The notes beneath the pieces were generated by a model that saw only the letters and a list, made by a program, of their open reading frames with translations, was not told the DNA's origin and did no database searches. A stretch of DNA of 64,000 nt from Cyanophora paradoxa CCMP329 (lineage: Eukaryota > Plantae > Glaucophyta), in contig QPMI01000436.1 of assembly GCA_004431415.1 (NCBI GenBank), positions 558,001 to 622,000 on the forward strand, given 5' to 3'. The position numbers and the translations under genes were made by a program. Shown here piece by piece: positions 35,211 to 47,791 of this stretch (position 1 is its first letter; each line of letters opens with the position of its first letter).

Positions 35211-37990
35211 ATGGGCGCCAAATCGTCTGTGATGGGATGGAGGAGCGAGGAAGATTGCGCTGCCGGGACCGACACCAACGCGCTCTTCAAGCGGGTTGTC
35301 GGTTACGCGAATGTGCAAGATAAGTTGGACGCATGTGCCACGCCGGGCGTTACGCACTACAATTCAGTAAAAGGTCTATTCCTGGGCACAAGTTGGAAGT
35401 GTTCGACGTGGTGCGTAGCCTAGTAGATACACACATATTGCATGCATATGCATGCGAATCGACAAGCTTTTCATGATCATGTATATTCGTTGCTATAGCT
35501 ATCATGATCAGTTCACTTATATTTATTTTAAACTATACAACGCTGCGCAGCCCGCCGGTGAACAAGATTGCGACGTACAGCTCGGCGGACTGCAGCGGGG
35601 CGGCAATCAGGGAGACCAGCTACGCCGGCAGTGCCAGCGGTGACGTCGTCCCGTTCAACAACAACGTCGCCGACGCCTGCGGTCGCTCCGGGGCCGGCAA
35701 CGGGGCTCCAGTGTACTTCACCGCGTCCGGCTTCAATGGCGCTGTGGGCGCGGCTGCTTGCACACCGTGGTGCGCCGGATCGGAGCCGGGCGCAGCCGCG
35801 CGCTGCGCAGCTTGTATTTGTTTCATAATTTAATCATGATCGCGGCAGCCCTCCGATCACGGTGGTCACTGCCTTCAAAAACGAGCAGCCGACCACGGGC
35901 CCGCCCGTCTGCAAGTCTGACAACGTCGCCTCCGTCAAGTATCACTACGGGGCTCTTCCGGAAGACGCCCCCGAGCTCTCGGCCGACGCTGCATGCGGTG
36001 AGGCGCTAGCTATATAGCTATATAGCCCATGCATATGGACAGCTCTAAATCCTCAGAGTTCATAATCATGATAATCATGATCAGAACATAAAATATCATT
36101 GGATAGCTTAGTTTATATGCTACAATTCCGAAGTTCAGAGCAGCTGCAGCGCGACATTAATTATAATGCACGCTGGTCATGACTGATCGCTTATTCAAAT
36201 ATTCAAATCCAGACGCCAAGTTCTCGACTGCCTTCGCCGTCAAAGGCATCAACGGCGGAACCACCGAGCTGGCGTGCACCGCATGGTTCGGCTTGCTTCC
36301 TTAATTTCCATTGACATCGCTCGAATTCAATTCGCCGCATCGATATCGATATCCTCTTACAAACCTGTTTGTCTGCAGCCCCGCGCAATACAGTCTGCGG
36401 TTGTATCCGAACGGCGGCGGGTACGCGGTCGCCAAACACGACGGCGAGTACTGGGACGGGAAGCGAGCCAGATTCGAGGAGCTCAAGAGCAAGGGCGCGA
36501 CGGCCCTCTCGGACATAGACGTCTTCAACTTGCAACTGGCCGAGCTGAAGGAGGACCCGGTCAAGTGGGAGTCGCTCACGACGAAGGGCGGGCTGACGGA
36601 GGCCGAGGGGAAGGAGCTGGTCGACCTCGCGATTCTCCTGGCCGACAAGACCGACGTGAGCCTGCCGGACGTTGTGACCTTCGACGTCCCGCGGGGCTGG
36701 GCTCCACAGGACGCGTACGACTGGTATGCGCACGTGCACGTGAACAATCATTTTGAAATCATTTCATGAGACCTATATATACTTTTGCAGGAACGATCTC
36801 CCGCCGGTGGCGGTGGAGGCCCTTCGGGAGGCCTGCCACTCCGGGCACACCTACAAGAAGTTCCTCGCGTGGGGCGACTCGGTCGCCCCGGGGGGCGAGC
36901 ACGTCGTCGGGAGGGCCCAGTACGACCCGTCCGCGCCGTACTTCGGCGTCGCGATCCAGCCCAAGACCTACCAGGCGACCACGGGACAGGGCGCCGGCTC
37001 GCTCTCCGGGCGCGTGCTAAACTGGTGTGTATATGTACCGCGTCGTATACGTAATATATTAATAAGAACGTTGACTTTTTCATCGCCCAGCTACGACGTG
37101 GTTCCCAAGACCAAGTGCTTCCTCCACAACGAGCAGACTCAGCGCCTGGACTACGAAAAATGCGACAGCCGCGCCCTGAAGTTGGTCGCAGATGGGCACC
37201 CCACCGACTCTGAAGATCCGTACGTTGCTGCCTTCCCTTTGAATGCAGTAGTCCTCTATAGCTATAGCTAGATCTCCGAGGCTCGATCTCGATCACATTC
37301 TCAAAGTTAATTTCGCGTGCGTGCAGGTGCTATCCCCTGTACGAGCAGAACCCGCCGTACACACTTGGGGAAATAAGAAGCATGTATGCAATCCGCGTGC
37401 GTGCCGCAGTGCCAGCTCCGAGATTCTCGCAATTGCCATATATTAAATTGCAAGATCTAGATCTAGACCTCGTGACGGCGAATTGACGCCCTTCTCGTTG
37501 TAATTAGGTCCAGGATGTGTGCACCCCGGGGTGGGACGTGAGGGCAGGCGCGGAGAGCAAGTGTGAGGCTGCCTCCGAGTCGCCCTGCGAGCTCAGGCGC
37601 CACGGATACCCCAGCGACTACATGGCGAAGCTCTTCTCCCAGACCTTGACTGTCCACCAGCAAGAGATCTCCCAAGACATCATGGCGGCCAACGAAGCGA
37701 AAGGCCAGATCGAGTACTTCTACTCGGACGAGGAGCGATACGAGATGGCTGTGAAGACAGGGACTCACGGCTATTTGCAGCTGGATACGTATGCGGAGGC
37801 CCACGCGGATGCGGAGGAGGAGGAGGACATCGAATTCGATCTCGAGCTGGAGGAGCCCGACCTCGATCTCGATCTCGATCTCGATCTCGAGGGGGCGGCC
37901 GCCGCGCTCGAGCTCGACGCCGTGCACGTGCGCACGCGTACCCCCCGGGCCCCGGGGCTCCCGGGGCCCTTCCGAAGTTCGCGGTCGTAG
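35211..37990 (+). CDS. Uncharacterised Cys-containing multi-exon protein with acidic C-terminal tail
   Basis: GC3-rich exons (e.g. YSSADCSGAAIRE, PAQYSLRLYPNGGGYAVAKHDGEYWDG, NDLPPVAVEALREACH) are separated by AT-rich GT-AG introns. Ends ...EEEEDIEFDLELEEPDLDLDLDL...SRS*. The true start may lie upstream, since there is an acceptor at about 35202. Confidence 0.7.
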
Positions 37991-40569
37991 TCCCATGAAT
38001 ATATACGTATACATAGGATATCGATGCAAATTTTAAAGACCCCTGGCCCCCCGCCCCTGATTTAATATTTATTGCGCGCACGCGCAGGCCTAGGCAGCTG
38101 CAGCGGATCGGCCCGGCGGAGGCCGGCGCCGATCGCGAGCTCAACGCCAGCGGATCCGGACTCGCTCAGTGACCACGTGCACGTGCACGCGTACGATCAC
38201 GACCTCGTGATTGGGTGCATGCGGCCCGCAATTGCAACGCCCGATCGCGAGTGCCAGATCCAGATCTATGTATAGATAGCTAAATTAAAGCTAATATTAT
38301 AGTATCCTTCATCGATCAGTCGATTGAGAAGTTCAAATTCAGCTGCGCATGAAGATACCGATGTCGACGCCGACTTATGTAAACGTACGCTAATAATTTA
38401 TGATACGTACTTCAGCCTCAAAAAGCTTGTCTCAGCCTTCAAGGCTTGGCGCATGTTAATTATATAACGTTAGATCATCGGATATGTTGATTTACGTTCG
38501 CAATGAACAATTGAAACTTCGCAAATGCATGCATATGCTTAGCTTCACCCGTCGGCGCCAGGCCCGCTGCCGCTCCCGACTCTCGACGCCTTAACTTCAA
38601 GTTTTGATTAAGATATTAATATGCATGGGCAGCTTATCTCACGTCCCGCCGGTCCCCCCGGCCCCCGGCCCCCGGCCCCCGGCCCCCCCCCCCCCCCCCC
38701 CCCCCCCCTCCCCCTCCGCCCCCCCGGCCCTTCCCCCTTCGATTCCCCCGGAACTTCCCTCTTCCCTCTCCCTCCCTTCCCCTCCCCCGCGCCCCGGCCC
38801 TCCCGCCTCGCCTCTCCGCCCCCGTCCCGGAGTCCCGCCTCCCGAATAATTCAAGACGGGCGGCGGCGCCGGCCCCGCCCCGCCCTGCCCCGCACCGCTC
38901 CCTCCCTCCCCCCCTCTGCTTCCCCTCCCCCTCCCTCGGCCGGGCACATCCAAGGTCCAAGTCAAGGTCCAAGTCAGCCGGGCGCCCCCATCCGCCGCCG
39001 CCTCCGACGCCCCCGCCGCATGCGCACCCCTGCCCGCCCGTGCAAGAAGTCGCTCCGCCGTCCGGTCGCCCGCGCCGCCGTCCGCAGGCCTCCTGGCTAA
39101 GAATACCTCCATTCCATTTATATCTACAGGCATTCGGAGCGTCCAGGCCGCCAGGCCGCGGCCGGACGCGAGGGCAGCGGCGCCCCCGCTGAAGAGGACC
39201 TGAGGGGCCGGACGCGCCTCGAGCTCCGCTGCAGCTGTGAAGCCCACCCTCCCCCGCCCCGGGCCCGCCCGCGCCTGGCCCAGCCCCGGATCAGCTGGGC
39301 GCCGCCCGTATCGGAGCCCCTCGAGCTCGGGGCTCGCGCCGGCGCCCCTCCGCCAGGGTCGCCCCCGCCAGCGCGGGACCGAGCAGCGCGGAAGGGGAGA
39401 TCTAGATCTGAACCCGGAGCCCTCGGGGACCGGAGCGGGCCGAGTTACTCAGAAAGCCGCACCGTGGCACCGGCGCCGCGCCCCGAGAGGCGCAGCACCC
39501 CACGCCCCGTCCGACAGTCCGCGCCCCGCGCCAGCGCCCTGCTCCCGTACGTGCGTGCGTACCCCTACTGCCCGCCCGCCCGCCCGCCGGTCTCGCCCCT
39601 CGCGATCGGACAGCTCTGCCCTACATAGCTAGTCCGCCGCCCTCGCCGACGGCCCGTTCGCGATCGTCGGCAACCGCAACTCGGTACCCTTTTCCTCCCG
39701 ATCTCCCCTCGAGCTCGCCCCACTTCCGTCGGGCTCTGAGGATCGCTGTACCCCCGCAATTCAATGATTGCGCATGCTTCCATGTCCCCCCAAGGCCCCC
39801 CTCCACCCAAACCCTTTCCCTTTCCGCCGCCCGGCGGCCCTGCGGCTCATCTGTACCCCTCAGGCGTCAAGAGGCCTTCCTCCTCCGCAGGGTGGCGGCG
39901 CCGCGCCATGCACGTCCGGGGCGGCGCCCCTAGGCCAGCGAGCCCAGGCACGAGCCATACTAGGATCTCCGATAATAATAATAATGAGGATATCCGCTAC
40001 GTGCCACGGTGTAGCTGGCCCACAGCTAGTTGCATCTGGCATCTGGCTGTTTTACTGCCAGGCTGGCTAGGACTCCGGACTGGCTAGGTTTTACTGGCTA
40101 CGACTAGCTATCAGAGTCCTTCGAATTGGCCACGAGCTTACTGGCTACGAGCTTACTGGCTACGAGTGCCTTCGAATTCAAATTCCAAACAGGCCGCTGG
40201 CCGTCGGACTCACCATAGCACTACTCGACGAGTCGTCTCAACGGATCAGAAAATCGGACGTCGACCTGGGAATGCAATCATCTAAATGCTAGTACTACTT
40301 ACAACAATCTCTACATCAGCACTACATCTCTACTTACTACTGAATCATCGCTCCATGCAGATCGAGACGGCAGAGGCCGGGGCGCTGGGAGGTACTCGAG
40401 AAAGAAGGCGCCTTGAAAAACTTGAAAACAGGGCGGGGGAGAGGCCGCAGATCGGGGAGGGTAGAGGCAGATCGCTAGACTCGAGGGGGAATCTGGCAGG
40501 AGAGAAAAAGCGGGTCGATCGCAGTACCCCATCGCAGGGCTGTACCCCCTCGTAGGGGCTGTACCCCCC

Positions 40570-41991
40570 TCACAGGAGCTGGCCGTGGGCCTCGGCGGGG
40601 TACGCGAACAGGGCCGCGGCGCCGTCCTCGGCGGCGGGGGCCTCCTCCCCGCCCTGCGCGAGGGCGCCGGGGGCGCCCTCCGGCCCCTCGTCGAAGCCGT
40701 ACCCCCCCTCCAGCAGCTCCGCCTCGCCGGCCGCGTACGGGACGGCGCCGTCGGCTTCGGCGCCCGCGTACCCGTCCAGGTCCTGAAGGTCAGGTGAGGA
40801 GAAAGGCCGCGGAGGGCAAGGCGGCGGAGAGGGAAGGTTAGGGCGCGGGGCGCGGCAAGGCGGCAAGGCGGCGGGGCGGCGGGAGTCTCGGGGCTGGAGC
40901 GCGCACCGCGCGCCGGCCGTCCCGGAGCTAGAGCGCGCGGGGCGCAGGGCGGCGGGAGTCACTGAGTCCCGCGGCTATAGCTACCAGCTAGCGCTATAGG
41001 CTAGAGCGCGCGGGGCGCGCCGGCGTGGCGCGGGGGCGTGGCACGGACCGCTGCCTGGTCCACCTCGTCAGTCTCGGCGGCCGAGGGCGCCTCGTCGTCC
41101 AGCTCCTGGTCCCCGCCGCCGCTGCCGCCGAAGTTGAACATCTGCGCGCGTGCGTGTGTGAGCGCCGCGCCGCGTCACTGGAGCCTACCCTAGCCTGGAC
41201 GCAGCCGCGGCCGCCGGGCCGGCCGCCGCTGGCCGCGGCGCTATCGTGGTAGTGATCATATGAGCACCTTGTTGAAAGTCTGGACAGGCTTCTGCACCGG
41301 CGCCTCGCCCTTCCACAGACTCTTCACCGTGTTCTTGTGGCCGTACAGGGTGGTGGCCAACTGCGCCGGGCGGACGGACGAGGCCTTGTCAGCGTCTCTG
41401 AGCGCGCGTGCACGTGTGGAGGGCGCGACGTGGCGGCGGCGGCCCGGCCGCGGCCGCGCGCGCGCGGGCGGGGGCACGTGCCATCGCCCCTGTCTTGAAC
41501 ATCTTGCCATACCGACTGCCGCCCGGCACCATGGACAGCAGTTTCGGCGCCATGACCCCGGCGACTGGCTTGAAGTACTTCTGGTTCTTAATGTAGGTAG
41601 GCGCCACTTGCTGTCAACCGCACGGAGTGCTTGTCAGCTCAGGATGCGGCGATACACTCAGCGGCTGTTCCCGGCAGGGACTTCGGACCTTGCGCATGAA
41701 CTCGCTGTTGATCATGTCCTTTCCCATGTCCAATCCCGTCATCGCGGTGTTGATGAACGGGGTGGCGCCCATGCCAAACGCGATGGTGTTGGCGATCTTC
41801 TGCTGCGTCTCCGGTGAGACATACTTGTTCGGTGCGACTGTGCCGACGAGGCCTGTCGAGAATTGGTTCAGCAGGTTGCTCGAATCCGTTCCCGCCGACA
41901 GCCCGTCGTTGACCAACTCGCCCTTCTGCCCGACATTGTAGCCCTTCTGCGCGTAATTGTAGCCTTGTCTGATTTTATCAAACGCCGACAT
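40570..41991 (-). CDS. Uncharacterised protein (amphipathic G/M/K-rich N-terminal part, acidic tail)
   Basis: Five in-frame exons: MSAFDKIRQGYNYAQKG...MRK|QVAPTYIK...GAM|LATTLYGHK...FNK|MFNFGGSGGGDQELDDE...|DLDGYAG...GQLL*. Confidence 0.7.
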
Positions 41992-42632
41992 TGCCACCGC
42001 CGAGTCGGCGTGCTCGAGCTCAAGCAATTAAGGCTGCTGCGCGTGCGGATCGAACAGCTGGCGGGAAAAAAGGCGGCCTACGTGTACCCAGCGATGATGA
42101 AATTTGATCCAGAACTAATTTCGATCGCGATCGATATCGATTTCGCTAACTTCGGAATTCGATTAGCCTAGTAGCGCTATCATAGTATCGATTATGCGCG
42201 GGCGCGGCTGCACGCTGGAAGACCCCATACGTATATGCACAAGCGTAGCGGCGTACCGTAGTACACTTCAAGGCTTAATTATAAGCTCAGCTTGAGCTTA
42301 ATTATAAGCTTGGCGTGCCGCGGGCGTACGTATTCCGCGCGCCGGGTCCCGGAGTCCGATCCGATCCGGAGTCCGACGGTCCCTGTATACGTATACGTGC
42401 CCGCCCTGCGGCCCCCGGGCCGACGCGTACGCGTACGCCTGGCCCGCATGCGCAGCATGCATGTTTCGAATTCCGGCCCTCCGGATCCGTGGGTCTAGAA
42501 CTGGGGACAGTATATGTGCTGCCATGCATATGCTGCATCGGCATGCTGCGGTGCTGGTGTGGGCGCCGGCGCCGGGTCGACGGGCCGTCTGGTCCGTCTG
42601 GTCCGGATCAATGGGCCGGGGGCCGCCGAATT

Positions 42633-45608
42633 CTACTTGAAGTAGGCGACGGTGAGGCCGCCGCCGCCCTCCTTCGCCACCTCGTAACGTGCCACCAGCG
42701 GGTGCGAGCGGAGGAAGTCGTGCACCGCCGCCTGGGTGGGTGGGGGGCGGCGGGGGGAGGGGGAGGGCGGGGGGGGGGGGGGGGCGGGGATCAGGACCGG
42801 AAGGCCTAGGCCTAGGCCTGGGGGACGGAGGCGCGGGCCGGGTCCCACCTTGAGCTGCCCCGTGCCGTGGCCGTGGATGACGTAGACGACGTCGGAGACG
42901 GCGTGGGCGCGGTTCAGCCGCCGCTCGAGCTCCGCCTCCGCGTCGTCCACCCGCATGCCCCGCTGCAAATGAGAGGTGAGGGGCTTCTTCTCTTAGAAGA
43001 ACAATAGAAGGCTCTAGAATAATATAATGTAAGCTTCTAGAAGCTTCTCCGCGCCGTCCACCCGCATGCCCCGCTGCCGAGGCGAGGGGCGAGGAAGAGG
43101 ACGAGGAGTTAGGAGGTAGGAAGGAAGTGGTAAGATGAGGGAGGGGCGAGCTGGAGCGGGAAGGCTAGGGGGGGTAGGGAGGATCGGGGCCGGGGGCGAA
43201 GAGTGTAAGTATAAGTATAAGGTTCGATAGCTATAGATTGATGAGATTGGCAGGCACCAGGTCGGCGGTGTTGGCGTCCATGCGGACGGTCATCGGCTCC
43301 CGCTTCTTGGCGTTCGCGGGGCCCCCGCTCACGGGCGCCGACGAGCGCACCTGCGCGCGCGGGCGCCGTCAGACCGCCTGCCCGGCCGAGGCCTAGACGC
43401 TATATATGGCTGGGCTAGGCTAGGCTAGGCTAGGCCGAGCCTGGAGGACCTAGACGTCGATGCGGCGGGCGGCGGGCGGCGGGCGGCGGGCGGCGGGCGG
43501 CGGGCGGGCTCTATGAGGAGCAGGCGCGCGCGCGCGCGGGCTGGGCGCGCCGTGCGCGCCTGCCAGCATAGGCCCGCCGAGGGGCGGACGGCCGGCGAGC
43601 GCCCAGCTATAAATAGCCTACCCTAGCCTTGCCCCGCTAGCCAGCCCAGAGGTCCCCCGCCGAGGGCTGCCGGCCAACGCTAGCCCATGGCCAGCCCCGC
43701 TAGCCCGCCCCAGGCGCACCGTCACGGATCCCGTCGGCGGCTTGCTCTTTGCCTTGGGGACGGGGGCGCCGCGGCCGCGGCCGCGGCCGCCGCCGCCGCC
43801 GCCGCGGCCGCGGCCGCCGCCGCCGCCGCCGCGGCCTTGGCCTGCTTCTTGCTGCTCGCGCGGGCCTCCCCCGCGCCGCTGCGCACGGCGAGAAAAGTGA
43901 GGAAGGCAGAGGGTGGTCCGCAGAGGGCTCTCAGCTAGCCGGGTACGGGCCCTGGACCGCGCGTATGTGAACCTGGGCTCTGGGACGGGCCACCCCCTAG
44001 GTTCCCAACGAGCTAGCCGGCCGCGGGGTGCTAGCCGCACCCCGCGGCCGGCCTACTCTAGGCGCGCCAGAAGCGGGCGGCGCGCGCTGAGGACCGTCGG
44101 ACTTGGGGGCGGGCCCCCGGTCCCGAGCTCTCCGCCCCGCACGACCCCACGGGCCTATTTATAGCTCCCAAGCGCTGAAAAGCCACGGGCCCCGGGATTC
44201 CGACCGCGCGGATTCGAACCTGGACTCGGGGGTGGGCCCCGGGCTCTCCGCGACGACGCCCGCGGGTACGCCGTCCACGCTGAAGACCTCGTGCAAAGGC
44301 ACCTGGGGGGGGAGGGGGGGGGGGGGGGGGGCAGGAGGTCAGCGTTAACGCCCTCCGCCCTCCATGCTTTCGCGCTACGAGTACTCAGTGACCGCCACTC
44401 CCCATAAGGCCTTCAACCCTTATCTCCGCATCCAGACAGGAATTTGAGCGGGAGGGGGGCAGGGGGGGAGGGGGGGGAGGGAGGCAGGAGGTCAGCGTGA
44501 ACGCCCTCCAGCAGCCCCGGCGCGGCCGGCTGCTCCCCCCACTCGCTCGCTGGGAGGTTGGGGCGCGCTCCGAGCCCTGGCTCGCTTGTACCCCCCCCCC
44601 CGAATGTACCCCCGCCGCCCCGTAGTCCCCCCGCCCGCACGCGTAGGAGCGGGGGGCCCGCTACGACGCGCCCCGATCCCTGGCTCGCTTGTAACCCCAT
44701 CTCCCCCCCGCCCGCACCCCGGCGCACCTTCATCTTCATGAGGCCGACGGAGACGAGGACCTCGCCCCCGCTGCGAGGGGGCGCCCCCCGGCCCCGGCGG
44801 TCAGTCGGCGCAAGAAAGCTGGAGGAAAGGAGCGACGATCTCATAGGCGGCGAAGGGGGCGCGGGGCGGGGCGCGATCACACCCCCCCCCACGGATCCTA
44901 GGGGATGAGTCTAGATCTAGACGAGGGCCTCGCCCCCGCTGCGAAGGGGCGCGCCCGGCTCCGGCCCCGGTCAGGGCCTCCGGGGAGCGCAGAGCTGGAA
45001 GACAGGATCCTAGGGGTTGAGCCTAGGCTTTCTGAAGAGCGGCAGATCTCATATGCGGCGAGAGAGCGCAGAGAGCTGGAAGAAAGCGGCGCTGATCTCA
45101 TAGGCGGCAGAGAAGATTGCGCAGACCCAGGATCTGGAGAGCGCGGGGCGGCGCCCTATCGCGGATCCTAGGCCTAGGGCCTAGCCTAGGCTAGGGCTTC
45201 TGGAGAGCGAGCCTTCTAGCGGGGCGGGGCGGCTAGAGCCCATCCTAGGGGGGCCTAGCCTAGGGCTTCCTTCTTGCGGGGCGGGGTGGACGGACGGACC
45301 TGGGCTCGGCGGCGATCTCGCCGCCCGACCCGAGGCGCTTGACCGTGACGCGGTCCCCCACCCGCGGCACGTACAGCTGCGCCCCGCCCCGCGGCCCCCG
45401 TCAGCGCTTGGCGTGGCTTCAGGGGGGAGGCAGTGGACGCGAGAATCCTTAGGCAGGAGGCAGCGGACTCTACTTAGACAGGGGGCAGTGGACACTAGGC
45501 AGTGGAGGCAGTACAACCGTGCCTTCGTACAGGACAGGTCACCGTCGGCGTTCAGCTTTCAGCGGGAGGCAGTGGACTCTAGGCGGGCGCCCGGGCGGAC
45601 CTCGGAGG
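42633..45608 (-). CDS. Duplicated 3' part of MutS2 (KOW + Smr exons): stand-alone gene, alternative 3' end or pseudogene
   Basis: Exon-for-exon copy of 47792-50540 (LYVPRVGDRVTV, GLMKMK, ADL|RGMRVDDA...IHGHGTG..LK|...GGGGLTVAYFK*). As assembled, exon 43720-43878 is 1 nt short in a G-run at 43756-43759. Confidence 0.75.
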
Positions 45609-45842
45609 AACCTCTCAGGGGAACTCTCACTCTCTGGGGGGAACTTTCAGGACCGTGCGGGGGGGGGGGGGGGGGGGAGGGGGAGGGGGAGGGGAGGGGG
45701 GAGGGGGGAGGGGGGGGGGGGGCGTGCGTGGGCTTGCGTGGGATTGTGCGGGGCGGGGCGGATCCCGGATCGGGGGGTGCTCGCCGGGCAGCTCGAAGGA
45801 GCGGGAGGCCAGGAGGGGGACGGGGCCAGGGGTCGGGGGTAC

Positions 45843-45935
45843 CACGCGGTCACGCACGATAGGGTCCCGCCTCCTCCGCCTCTTCGGCGGGGGCTGCTTC
45901 CCCTCCGCGGCGGAACTCGTTCCGGACTCTGGCAT
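45843..45935 (-). CDS. Putative 5' exon with a basic NLS (MPESGTSSAAEGKQPPPKRRRRRDPIVRDRV)
   Basis: Open frame with ATG at 45935 (the frame stays open to 46049), a PPPKRRRRR motif and a phase-0 donor gtacccc at 45842. Confidence 0.45.
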
Positions 45936-46520
45936 TGCGTCCTCGCCGCTCTCCCCCGGCTGCGCCGGCGTCGCCCCCGCAGCGTCACCCGCACCGCCCT
46001 CCGCGCCAGACTCCCCATCCTCACCGTGCCGAAATAGCGGGCGGCCCAATCGTCACTACGAATGGCGAGCCGTCTGCCAGGCATGCGTAAGCTGCGGAAA
46101 AAGCAAGGCACTGTGCTGCGGCCCGACGAGCGGCGCTCTCGAACAAGGACCCGGGTTAGCTATATATGTCGCAGATGCCGCATTGCGTCCCACGCAGCCG
46201 CGGAAGCCGCTGCGGCGGCGGTCGTGGCGCGACGCACATTCCGTTGTCTCAGACCGTCTCTAGGACCATCGCGCCAAGACCATGCACGATTATGCGACGC
46301 GTCAAGCGTACCTCCCATCAGACCAAGTCTGGCAAGTCGGTGCCCCAAGTCCCTCGAACGGGGTATAGATAGATCCAGAGGAGCAAAAAAACAACCTTGC
46401 GCAACCGGCAACCGCAGGCAGCTGAACAGGTGAGTTTCAATCGCCGCGGCGCCCTTGAACTGTAAGCATTAATGCTGACAGCGATGCAGCCCCATCCGCG
46501 CGCGCGGTCAGCAGATCTAG

Positions 46521-47163
46521 ATGCCGGAAAACGTGAATACCAGCAACATCGGGGCGGAGCGCGCCCCAAAGGAGGTCGCCGAAGCGCTGGAAAAGCAGCT
46601 TGAGCCCGACGACGTTCATCCTGGCGAAGAGTACGGAGATCCCTACATCTACGTCGACTTCAATGAGGACGCCATTCAGGCGCGCCGCGATCCTGCCAAC
46701 AACTTTGCTCACCGCGGCATCATTCCTGCGAATCCCAAGGGAGCGATCGCCCGCGCCCTCACCATGCGCGGCGGCCGGGCTTATGTCTACCCGAGCCCGA
46801 CCGCGGCCGGTGAGTCGCAGTCGATCTTCTCGTTCGCCTCACGGCAAGAGATCGAGGTGCACATGCCTCTAAGTAATTAAATAAGCCTTGGACCGCCCTC
46901 GAGCTCACGCTGCTCCAATTCTCAGGACGCCCTTCACAACATGGTGGATGATGTCAACCTCATCTGGGCTCTGAGGGCAACTGGCTTTCCTGACGTCGCG
47001 CGGGTCGTCGAATTCAGAGCAGGTTCGGCGTATGATCGTTCGCATTCACGCTTCGGCTGCTTGAATCATCCTTAAACTCGTTTTTGCGGCAGTACGGAAG
47101 GACGTGCCCGAGAGTTTGCAGCACTTAGCGCCTTTCAATTGCACCGTCCGCGTAGGCGTGTAA
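46521..47163 (+). CDS. Small hypothetical protein (3 exons)
   Basis: MPENVNTS...SRQEIE|DALHNMVDDVNLIWALRATGFPDVARVVEFRA|VRKDVPESLQHLAPFNCTVRVGV*, with GT-AG introns. Confidence 0.55.
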
Positions 47164-47791
47164 GAATCGGGCCGCTGGCTGGCTTCAGACCAGAGTTTTG
47201 TTTGCAATTGCGCCGCCGCAGCAAATAGAACTAAATGGCTTTGCATGTAAATAATCCGCAACAGCTTTTCGCACTACCAAAGCGCCCCCTGTCGTGCATT
47301 GCAATTGCGGCGCCGCTGCGCACTGCGGCATGCCACTGGGCCAGGCTGGCTTGAGCCTCGAACCAGGTGCGCCTAGGCCTGCATGAGCCTGTCCGACGGT
47401 TTGTATTGATAGCAAGCCGCGTAGCTATAGAAGCCTGGAGCTGCGCTAAGCGCTAGCTAGCGCTGGCTATATATGGACCTGGCTGGCTATATATAGCCAG
47501 CCAGGACCAGCTGGCTATATATGGACCTGCAGCTGGCAGAGCTCGAGCTAGCGCGCGCGCGTAACTTAGTAACTCGTGGTCGACGCGCGCCCTTACGCTC
47601 GTGGTCGACGGGCGCCCGTACGTTTACCCGGCCCGGCCCCGCATGCGTGCCCGCCGTCCGCGGTGTGCTCGTGTACATGTGGGCGCCGGCCAGCTATTTC
47701 TGGTCCGGATCGACGGGCCGGGGATACACCTGCAGACGGGCCGGGGTACACGTATACGTAGTGCGGGCGCGCGCGGGCCGCCAGGGTACGG

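Noticed and set aside
38600-40500. Possible minus-strand gene fragments (e.g. VFQGAFFLEYLPAP, VLFSGGAAAL...FLARR)
   Set aside because: No stop-free spliced model or recognisable domain could be assembled. It may be a pseudogene.
45655-45725. Long poly-G/C tracts as functional G-quadruplex elements
   Set aside because: Such tracts are ubiquitous in introns here and their lengths are unreliable in an assembly. There is no specific evidence of function.
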